This document shows, piece by piece, positions 1 to 9,821 of a stretch of DNA of 34,878 bases. Under the pieces are notes generated by a model that was given only the letters and a program-made list of their open reading frames with translations, was not told where the DNA came from and ran no database searches. The first letter of the stretch is position 1. The number at the start of each line of letters is the position of its first letter. This DNA is from Paramecium tetraurelia (lineage: Eukaryota): NCBI GenBank assembly GCA_000165425.1, contig CT868441.1, positions 248,001-282,878 on the forward strand. The letters run 5' to 3'. Both the position numbers and the translations under genes were made by a program.

Positions 1-3000
1 AAATTAAACTGCAGTTTCTATCGTTATTTGGGTCATAGTGGTAGAATCAGTAAGCTAAGATTCTCATTTAATGATAAATGTCTCATTAGTCTTGGAGAGA
101 ATGAGAAAAGCATAATTCAATGGAACTTTCAGGTCGAACAGAATGTCGTGGAAAGAAGTAGTACAGCTCATTCAAGGAATCGAAGTGCTTTCAAATCAGA
201 GTTAGATCAGTTTGATGATCAGATGGATGGTAATGATAACTAAAAGACTAACAAGCCATTCCTGGATTAAATCAAAATGGATGAGGCTGAAGAAGAATCA
301 ATGAAGTTACCTGTTAATTATCTTAATTTGCGATATATCTTTGGAGTGTCCACCAGTTATAAAGGGAACACTCTATATTAACAACTGAAATATGCTGGTC
401 AACAAAAGATCGTTTATCCAATTGGTTGCATTTGTGTGATATTGGACACCAAAATCGATTAGACTGCACCCTATCGTAAACAGAATTTCTATTATGGACA
501 TACGCAATTAATATTATGTTTGAGTGTACATCCAAAAAGTCAGATAATAGCAACTGGAACTGTTGGTGATGAAATCAATTTATGGGATGTGGACACACGT
601 CAGACATTAGTTCATATTAGAGGGTATCATAAGAATGGGATTAAGAATTTGAAGTTTAGTATTGATGGCACATTGTTATTGACTTGTGGTTCTGATCAAT
701 TTAACTCAATTTGTGTATATGATTGGTAGGCAAACAGAATTATTTGTAATTCAAAAGTAGATAAGTCCCCCTTAACTGATTGTTGTTTTCTGGGTAACCC
801 AAAGGTCATTTAATTTGTAACTGTGGGTAAATACATGAGAGTATGGGAAATTAAGGGGAGAAACCTATCTTTTGATTAGTTTCCAGGGTAATTAAGTGCA
901 GTAACCTTTGCTTTCAACAGTGAATTGGTATGTGCAAATGACTAAGGAGAGCTAATGGTAATCAAGAATAAGCAGACCAACAGAATTCTGGGTCACTCAG
1001 GTAGAGTGAATGTACTTATAGCAGTAAAACAGAATTTGTATTCTGGTGGTGATGATGGTAAGATTATTTTGTGGCATTCCATATAGAATTAATTATAGTA
1101 GATCTAGTAGTTCATGGAAACTCAAACTCCTCCTTTATTATCTATGGATATAAGGAATGATAACATAGTGTTTTTAACAAGCACTTGTGATATAAAGGAA
1201 TTGGTGATCACAGCACAGATACATTCTATTGATATCATTAAAGGCCACGGGGATGAAGTCAAGGGATTGGCAGTTTCTAAATACAAGGTTTATACTTGCA
1301 GCAGTGATCGAACAATTAAGGTGTGGGATATCCGTAACAGGGTTTGCTCGTTAAATAGTGAGCCATATCAATTTCAATTAAGATCTATTGATGTTTATAA
1401 TAATTTAATAGTTTGTGGAGATTCAAAAGGATTTCTGTATTTGTTAGATGAGAAGCTTTCGCCCTTGGGGAGTGCGTCAACCAATTTCAATTTGAAATAA
1501 AAAACTATAGCTTATGAGATATCCAGAGTTAAGTTTGATCCAAAAGGAAAGAGAGTGTGTGTTGGAGCCTAAGGTGGTCCATCACATGTTGAAATTTGGA
1601 CGATAAGTTAGGCTGATAACAGTTACAAGTTTGATAAAGAGAAGTAGATTATCAATTGTGGTTTTACAGGAGGTATTATGCAAATGGATTGGTCTGAGGA
1701 TGGCACTCATATTTTGGCATCATCTACAAATTATGAATTGAAATGCATATCCCTTCCTAAATAACGTGATGTTTAGTATAATTACGATATCAAATGGCAG
1801 ACTTGGTCTTGTATTTATGGTCCTGGATTACAGTACATATATCCACATAATCCTGGAGAGGACATAACCTCAGTTTGGTTGCACAAAACTAAGGAGGTGA
1901 AAAGTGAGACTGGTAATGTTAAGGAGTTCGTTTTTGTGACTGGAGATCAGTTTGGCAATATCTCTTTGTTTCAGTATCCAATCACAGGCAGATGTTGCAG
2001 AACATACAAAGGACATAGTGGACCAATAAATTGGATTCAGTTTTGCATGGAAACTGAGGCCAAATAATATGCCATTTCAATAGGTCAGAAGGCAATCATG
2101 GTTTGGTAATTGGAAATAGATGAACCAACAGTTTTGGATCCAGAAACAGAGAAATTATTGGGAATCAATGTGTAAGCATAGAAGAAGACTGGATTAGAGA
2201 AGTATGGGATTCCTCAATAATAATAAGCCAAAGATGAAGAATTTGTTGATAAGATTTCTTTAAAACCTTGGGCTTCTAATATTAAGGAGCCTTCCTCTTA
2301 CTACAAGGATCCAATAAATTAGAATACTCCTCCATTAATAGATCTGGAATTGGAACATGCATTTGGTTATAGAGGAAACGATTGCAAAAACAATATTAGA
2401 TTCTTGAAGTCTGGCAATATTGTCTATCATTCTGCTTCATTGGGCATAGTTTTGGATATGAATATAAATCAACAGAAGATATTCAATATGCATGAAGATG
2501 ATATCATATCCATGGACTTACACTAGGACGGCATAAGAGTGGCAACTGGAGAAATAAATTCAGGAGTAATCTATGTATGGGATAGTAATACTCTGTAACC
2601 ATTATGCAAATTTTCTTAATTAACCAAGGGGATCAAATCACTTCATTTCTCTCCATTTAATCAACTGGTGGCAGTGGCAATGGATGAATTTTCGACTATC
2701 GCTATTTTCGAAATTAATACAAAGAGTGAGAGTGGGGGTTCTTTGTCATTCAAATACCAGTCAGGAAGATAAGTCATTAACGAAATTAAATGGATGAATG
2801 AAAATACATTCTACACTATTGGTCCCTACCATTTAAAGGAATGGGCCTACTCATCTTAAATGGTTATAACCAAAATCCCATTACAAGATAAACTGATCTT
2901 GAATACATTCCTAATCGATGAAGAAGAGATTTATCTTGCAGATAATAGAGGGAAGGTCTTGATTTATTAGAAAAAGGTCTTGTAACACACTCTTGAACAT

Positions 3001-4226
3001 CACACTCAACAAGTGGATGCCCTATTTAAGACTAAGGAGTATTTGTTCACAGGAGGGAAAGATCAACTTATAACAATCTATGATGCCAAATAAATAAGGG
3101 AAGAATTCTTAATCTAATTTAAATTGCTGGATTTAATTAAGTTAGCATTCTAACCAAATATTAAAAGTGTTTGTTACTTTGAAGATAAATTGGTTGTGGG
3201 TACTGTCGGATGTGAGATTTGGGAGTTAAGTATGAAAGATGCCAAGATCACTAGTCAAACTAAATTCGTTCCCAAGATTATGATGAAAGGACATTATGCA
3301 CCTTAAATCCAGAGTGAATTATGGGGATTGGCTATTGAAGGTGACTTTGTCTATTCATGCGGAGATGATGCAACTCTTAGACAATGGAGTGTGTCTCAAA
3401 GGAAATAGACTCTATTCATTAGGACTGTCTAAGACTCCAATTTTGTGGATATTAAACCAGATGAAAATGGAGTGTATCCTGATAGTGTAAAAGGACGTTC
3501 TATCGCTGTTAATTCGGATTTCATTGTTGTAGGATTCAAAGATGGGGGAGTCAGAGTTTATGATAGAGAATTGAAATAAAAGAGCTATTTCAAAGTAGCC
3601 AAAGATTGGATCTCAGATATTAAATTTTCACCCAACAATGAATACATAGCATTCGGGTCGCATGACAATTGCATCTACATTTATAGATTACCAGAATTTG
3701 TGGTTCATTTGAAACCACTCCGAAAACATAGTTCATTCATCAAAAACATTGACTTCAGTGTGGATAGTACCAAATTGATATCCACATGTGGTAATTATGA
3801 TTTGATCTTCTGGGATATAACTACTGGTAAGTAGATGCCTCAGGGTCGTAATATCTTGAGAGATGAAAAATGGTCCACTTTTACCAATACTCTTGGATGG
3901 CCAGTCCAAGGCATATGGAAAGATGATTATAATGGTTAGGAGATCAATTGTGTTTGTAGATCCACTTCCACCTTTGCTCCCAAATAGCCAGACAACTATT
4001 ATTTATTGGCTGTAGGCAATGACTTTAACGAGGTGCTCTTATATAGGTAATGAGTTCGTCGATATGTAGATATCCATGTATAAATAAGAAATCTGAACCC
4101 GTTTAAAGAAGGGGCCATTCCTCCCCGATTTCGCAGGTGAAATTCACTCAGGATGATCAATATTTGGTGACTATGGGAGGGGAAGACATGACCATACTTT
4201 TGTGGAGAGTCATAAAAAAGTTATGA
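1..4226 (+). CDS. Echinoderm microtubule-associated protein-like (EML5/6-type HELP + tandem WD40 beta-propellers); 5' part lies outside the window
   Basis: Frame 1 reads as one protein from 1 to 4046 with TAA/TAG=Gln (four ORF-track fragments share this frame). It has a HELP-like motif LELEHAFGYRGNDCKNNIRFL (~2344-2406), many WD repeats and the EML-typical motifs GSHDNCIYIY and LGWPVQGIW. A 23-nt intron at 4047-4069 restores YRYPC. TGA at 4224-4226. Confidence 0.88.
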
Positions 4227-4244
4227 AATTTATATTCATAATTA

Positions 4245-4497
4245 TCATTCATTGTCTTAAATATCATCTTCTTCTTCTTCCTCTGGGTTCTTCTTGACCT
4301 TCTTCACACCTTCAGCTCCCTAAGTATCTACTATTGAATAATCTTCAATTGTTAATACTTATGTCCTTCGTCTTCTCCTGAATCATTCCGTGTGCCTTCT
4401 TCAACTCATCCATCAATTGCACTATATTCTAATACTGGTATTCTTCATTTGCAATTTCAACTCCATTATTGTTAATTGTTACTTTCAACAATGACAT
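4245..4497 (-). CDS. Small (74 aa) protein with an acidic tail, unknown function
   Basis: ATG at 4497, 28-nt GTA..TAG intron 4331-4358, TGA at 4245-4247. Product: MSLLKVTINNNGVEIANEEYQYQNIVQLMDELKKAHGMIQEKTKDIIDTQGAEGVKKVKKNPEEEEEDDIQDNE. Confidence 0.75.
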
Positions 4498-4563
4498 TTT
4501 GTATATTTATATTATAATTAATATACTTGATTTGATTTATTAAAATAATAATTATTTTTACCA

Positions 4564-5033
4564 ATGGATTAGTAGGATTATCACAAGATTGACCCAACCA
4601 TCATTGAAGACCCTATGTTGGATGATGGATACACTAGGTATTAACCTTGATGTTACCATTAAATTAGAAAGTTCGGTGCCTACAAACCCAAATTCCATGG
4701 AACAACTCCAGGCTATTACCCATTCGAATGCATTGATTACTTTTATGTTGTGTTGATGACTCTCTTTACTTGGGGAATGTGTTTGCCCATATGGTACGGA
4801 TTAATTGAAGCCGGTAAAACTACTTAAATATCCAATTAATAGCCAAGGGAAATTCGAAATAGTATGCAATTGTGTGTGCAGTGGTCTTTGTAGGATTCTA
4901 TGTTATTCAAGCCTTGGCTACATACTATGGTGGTAGAATGAAGAAGGTCATTGAAAATCAAATGATCGAGGATAAATTAAAGGAGATGTAACAAAAGGAA
5001 CTTGAGAAGTAAAAACTTCTAGCAGCCATTTGA
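4564..5033 (+). CDS. Small membrane protein (~136 aa): two predicted TM helices plus a C-terminal coiled coil
   Basis: ATG at 4564. Introns 4638-4667 (30 nt, holds an in-frame TGA) and 4814-4842 (29 nt). Hydrophobic segments YFYVVLMTLFTWGMCLPIWYGLI and YAIVCAVVFVGFYVIQALATYYG. TGA at 5031-5033. Confidence 0.8.
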
Positions 5034-5074
5034 ATATTAATTATATTACAAACGATATTCATTGTCATTAGTAT

Positions 5075-5122
5075 TCGTTAAGAACTCTGTTAAAACACGT
5101 TAATCCCGTTGTCACTGTTATA
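5075..5122. promoter_or_regulatory. Array of five GTTR cores (three perfect CNGTTR Myb-type sites) upstream of THOC3
   Basis: GTTA/GTTG at 5077, 5089, 5099, 5108 and 5117, inside a 105-bp intergenic gap. Confidence 0.35.
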
Positions 5123-5138
5123 TGTTTTATTAATAATT

Positions 5139-6112
5139 ATGTTTTATTAACAATTCAAAGAATACCCCAAAAATTCATAAAGAGAAAAGACTCAATAAGA
5201 ACGTAAGACTATCAAATCAATGGATTGGAATTGCAATGGGAGCTATTTGGCTACATCAAGTGATTCCACTATTAAAATTTGGTCCTTCGATGGAAATAAC
5301 ATCAAGAGATCAACCGATTTGAAGCAAGGTTCAGAGCAATTGGAGAAGTTGTTATTTCATCCAACACAACCAGACATAATAGCATCCATTACTAAGGAGT
5401 ACGTGAAGATTTGGGATATTCGCACAAAATAGAGTGTGAGACAAGAGAAGAAGGAATAAATGGGTATTGCCTGTTGGAGCCCTAATGGCAATGAATTGGC
5501 AGTGGGTACCAAATAGAATAAGGAAACACAGATAATGTTTTTAGACATGTAAGGAGGAGAGAGATAAATAATGTATTAGCCAAAAGATAAAGATAAGAAT
5601 TTCGAGTTAAAGAATATTATGTATGACAAAGATGTGTTTGTCGCAGTTGGTTAACAAAATGGAGTTGGTATGATTTAATTTATGGATGTCAACAATCCTC
5701 AATTGCCTCCTCTTCATTAGATGGAAGCTCATAGAGCTGGGATTACTTAATGCAAATTCAGTAAGGATGGCTAGCATATGTATACTGGTGCCTAGGATTC
5801 TCTGATTATATTGTGGCAATTACCAGATTTTGTTGTGTGCAGGATAATTGATGACAGTGGAATCAGAGATTAAGTCGATGTCTGTTTTTGACAGTAAATA
5901 CATAGCAGCCATTGGTTTGGAAGAATAGGCATACATCTATTAGGTGGACAGATGTTTGGCTGGTAAGACAGAATCATATAGATTCCATTAAATTAGAGGG
6001 ATAACCATCTGATCTTTGTTTCCATCCTAACAAATTCATCTTGGCAATCGTCTGTTAGGACAAGAACAAATAGGAGAGTGTGATACATTTATATGGTAAT
6101 TTGGGTGTTTGA
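5139..6112 (+). CDS. THOC3: THO complex subunit 3 (Tex1), WD40 protein; apparent +1 frame break near 5850
   Basis: Colinear with THOC3 from memory: SMDWNCNGSYLAT, LLFHPTQPDIIAS, IWDIRT, CWSPNGNELAVG, EAHRAGITQCKFSKDGQHMYTGAQDSLIILW, LCFHPNKFILAIVC..IHLYG. Needs one extra base removed at ~5850, plus a 19-nt intron (5963-5981) or a second indel. Confidence 0.82.
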
Positions 6113-6171
6113 TTATATATATGGTATATTAATTGATATGTAGCTATTAGAATGTGAATTTGAAGATAATA

Positions 6172-8423
6172 TCATTTCTTTTTTGATTTACGCCTTTCCA
6201 AAAACTTTTTCATCCAAATATGCTCCTTCACTTGTTTAAGTGGAAATCTTTTGAGTGGATCTACTTCAAATAATCCAGCAATGAGTTCTTTCACATCATC
6301 ATTTATGCATTGCCAGAACTCGTCTTAAATGTCATAATTGCCATTTATGATATTCTCTTTGATTTCCAATGGTATTTCTGAATAGAAAGGTGGATAACCA
6401 CATAGCATAAAATACAGAACTCCTCCCAAGGCAAAGTTATCAATTTTTGATGTCAATTCTTTACACTATTGATAAACCTCAGGTGCAATATAATTCATGG
6501 TTCCACACTCAAACTTCTCTTTCCTCTCATTCAAAGTGGATAAATAATTGGCAAATCCGAAATCAATTATCTTCACCTACTTGATCTTGTTCTGATTCAA
6601 CACTATCATAATGTTCTCCGGCTTGATGTCTCGATGTACAATCCCCATTGAATCAATGCATTACAAGGCTTCAATCAGCTATGACAATACTAAGGCAGCC
6701 TCTTCTTCTGCGAGGTACTTCCTCTCCTCCACATAATCATAGAGGTCTCCATCCTTTATTAATTCTGTAACTAAATAGATGTGACTTCTATTCTCAAAAC
6801 TCTCTACCGATCTTACGATATATGGATGATTAATCAATTTCATGATATCCACCTCATGCTTTATTGCCTCCACTTAATTTTATGAAATCTACTGTTTATT
6901 GATGATCTTCAATGCATAGGTCTCCTTAGTCAACTTGTCCTAACATTAATACACTATAGATGATTGTCCCTGCCCAATCTTCTCCAAAATGGAATACTTT
7001 TTGCTTATCTCACCACTCCAATACAAATATAATAATTACTTATTATAAGCTTGCAATGCATTCGACCACAGTCTAAATTACTTATCATCTGAACATTCGT
7101 AACTCTTACTGTTATATTACTTCCCAACATGCAATATTTTGAAACCATATTTCTAAACTTATTAGTCCACTTTTTCCTCGATTATCAAACCCTATAAACA
7201 AATTACTTTTGAAGGTTTCTCTCCTTTTTTACGAAATTCTAATAGCACATGTGGATAAAGTTCGCAATATTTCTATTTTATTTCTTTTTTCTTTGAAATT
7301 CTATACAAGTCTCCTGAAGTTATCAATATTCTATTTTGTATTCATCGCATTATTACAGTTATTTATAGTTTAATTATTTATCTGTGACCCCCCAAATGTT
7401 ATAGTTAAATGCTGTATAAAGTGGTTGGATTAAGTTGGGATGTTTTGCAATAAATGTCTAGAATTCTTGCAACGACAATAATTAATCGTGCTTGTTCTTA
7501 TACACTAAGTCTACGTATTTCTTAATCAACAAACTTTAATTGACACACATTTCCATCTTTTAACCATCAACCTTACTTATTTTTATTATTATTTACTTAA
7601 GCTGTTATCATCAATCCAAATCGTTTTTAAGGAGTACCATTTTCTTAGATCATACTATCTTACACAAAAAGGGCATCCGATTACTTTGAAAAACAACTCT
7701 ATAACCCTTCTGAGATTATTTTATGCGAACTCTCGAACTGCTACTCTGAAATATTCTAGCTCTATTTTCTTAGTTGTTAAACTGATTCATTATTCAGATG
7801 CATAACATACCTGACTATTCCAAGATATCTGCACTATTCTTATACTTTCGATGCCGATGCTTACGTCGATTGCCAAAATCATCTATAATCAAAGATTCAT
7901 CTAAAAATAGCTAGTCTTCACATATCTTCTTCAATTCGTATTGAGGATAGTTCTGCATCTATTTCTATCTAACACCTAACATACCATTTATAAAAAGTCA
8001 CTCTTTGCTATTACCTTCTAGTTCTGCAAATCGTAAAGCTGAAACAAATTCACAATTCGCTATTCATCTGAACACTTAATGTACATTTCCATTCCTGCTA
8101 AAAACTCATCAAAATTCATATAATCTTCTTGCTTGTTCGTGAATTTATTGAAGATTTGTTCTCCCCAAAATCCCTACATTAATAATCTATATGCTACAAA
8201 CTATTATTTAGAAAAAGGTATTGAAGGTATCTCTACTTAACATTAAGTTACTCTATCTGGAAGCAAGGTCTTTGAAAATAAGAATCAGCATATCCAGTTC
8301 AAAATCATCGACTACACTCTAATTTCAATATTTACATTTCCCCAAGTATTTTTGAGCAATCAATTTATGAGTATTGCGTTTCTTTGGTTTTCTTTGAATT
8401 CCACACTTTAATGCACCTCCCAT
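6172..8423 (-). CDS. Ser/Thr kinase with N-terminal EF-hand region, PH domain and C-terminal CAMK-type kinase domain (CDPK7-like architecture)
   Basis: Starts MGGALKC (possible myristoylation). EF-like MNFDEFLAGM and LFQLYDLQNQKVIAKSDFLQM; PH-like SGDLYRISKK..KPSKVICLQGLIIE..FRLWSNAL; kinase motifs IGQGQSSIV, YALK, HRDIKPEN, DFG, CGTMNYIAPE. Several 24-29 nt introns. TGA at 6172-6174. Confidence 0.88.
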
Positions 8424-8537
8424 GAGTTAATAAATAATCAATAATTATTTTTACCGTAATTTTAAACTCAACCAAAAATCATTCAACTTAAGACACTCCT
8501 AGAATAACGAAAGACTAAAATTAGTAATTCCCCTTCT

Positions 8538-8703
8538 ACACCCAATTTTAATATTTAAGCACAAAGAACACCCAATTTTAGAAGATATACATTCTTAAAT
8601 TTATAAACATAAATCATTCCTTATCAGATTTAAAAGCCAATTAATATCCCAATTCATCTTAGAATTTTTAATCTTAATTTTGCTCTCCCAATTGTTCCCA
8701 ATT
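8538..8703. promoter_or_regulatory. Cluster of six CCAATT motifs in a divergent promoter
   Basis: CCAAT at 8542, 8572, 8637, 8649, 8688 and 8698. A 13-bp direct repeat ACACCCAATTTTA sits at 8538 and 8568. Confidence 0.4.
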
Positions 8704-8767
8704 GTGCAGCTATATCACTTATTTCTTAGTAGAATAATTATAAATAAAAGTCTATTTGATCAAGGCT

Positions 8768-8796
8768 TTCCATTCCATTCCATTCCATTCCTTTCC
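8768..8796 (+). repeat. (TTCCA)n pentanucleotide microsatellite
   Basis: ttccattccattccattccattcctttcc. Confidence 0.8.
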
Positions 8797-8834
8797 TTTT
8801 ACTTAAAATAATATATAATTTAATAATATTGTTA

Positions 8835-9790
8835 ATGACTTTATTTCCATCTTCTTCTTGTCAATTTTCAAGTTATTAGTTAAATGAAAAGTTGTGCAGT
8901 ATGATATTGAATATTAAATATGTTTCCCATTAATTCTTGAAATTACTTAAATTAAATTAATTTAACTGTCATATGAACAAGTTAGTTGTATAACAAGTTA
9001 AGAGTATTTTCAATAGCCTTCCTAATAAAGATTTGGATAAACTGCTAAATTTGTTGCTTGCTGCAGGAATTACAAAAAATTAAAAATAAGTTGGTTATAA
9101 ATGTGTTGAGTGTAGTATTATGTAAGAATAATCAAATAAACAAAAAGGTTCAAGGGTATAAATGCCAGCGGTTTTGGGAGAGACGAAGCTGAAGCTATTC
9201 ATATTTGTTTAAAGAATTTTATAGATCAGATGTTAGAGGAAGAAGGACATTTATCATTCCTAAGAAATATTTTAAGGGATCTCAAACAATTGGACTTTTA
9301 GGAATAGGATATCGATTAATTGCAACAGAAAATAGGCAATATTTCAATTATCCAAAATAACCAAAATTATTAGACTGTAGATAGTTTATTGAATGGAGAA
9401 AATGAATAAATTTTAGGATAAATTGTTGATAACAAACCCAAAAAGTTTGAAACCCTGTAAGACAACAATAATAAAGAGAACATTTAAAATTAATACTTGA
9501 AATGTTGTACTCATGAGTAAGAATTAAAGAAGGAGAAGATGAGGGTCGAACATTTGGAATTAAGAATAAAATTAATTTTAGAAGAAAATAGAATTTTGAA
9601 ATCACTTCTTAATGAAAAGAAAGAAAGTGCAAGACAAGAAAGCAATAGAGAAGGTGACACCAAAAGGATTCGGTAATAAGCTAGATCCAGCAGTGTAAAA
9701 ATGAGTAAAATTTAGTAACTAAATGGAGTGCCCAAATTAAATCTAGATGCACTTCCGACCTATATTGGCAAATAGAAAACATTATTTTGA
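8835..9790 (+). CDS. Hypothetical protein with a degenerate dsRBD-like segment and a C-terminal coiled coil
   Basis: ATG at 8835 (alternative 8973). A 26-nt intron 9122-9147 (GTA..AAG) joins KCVECSIM to FKGINASGFGRDEAEAIHICLKNF. Coiled coil ELKKEKMRVEHLELRIKLILEENRILKSLL. TGA at 9788-9790. Confidence 0.7.
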
Positions 9791-9821
9791 TGATTTTTTC
9801 TATCTAATTAGTTTTATTGAT

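Noticed and set aside
8768..8796. Human satellite II/III (GGAAT)n contamination or centromeric repeat
   Set aside because: Only about 5 units, embedded in ordinary ciliate intergenic DNA
9060..9300. Merlin/ISXO2-like transposase zinc finger (KCVEC..GYKCQRFWERRS)
   Set aside because: The pieces come from different frames and one contains a TGA. A 26-nt intron gives a better continuous ORF. No DDE motif or terminal inverted repeats.
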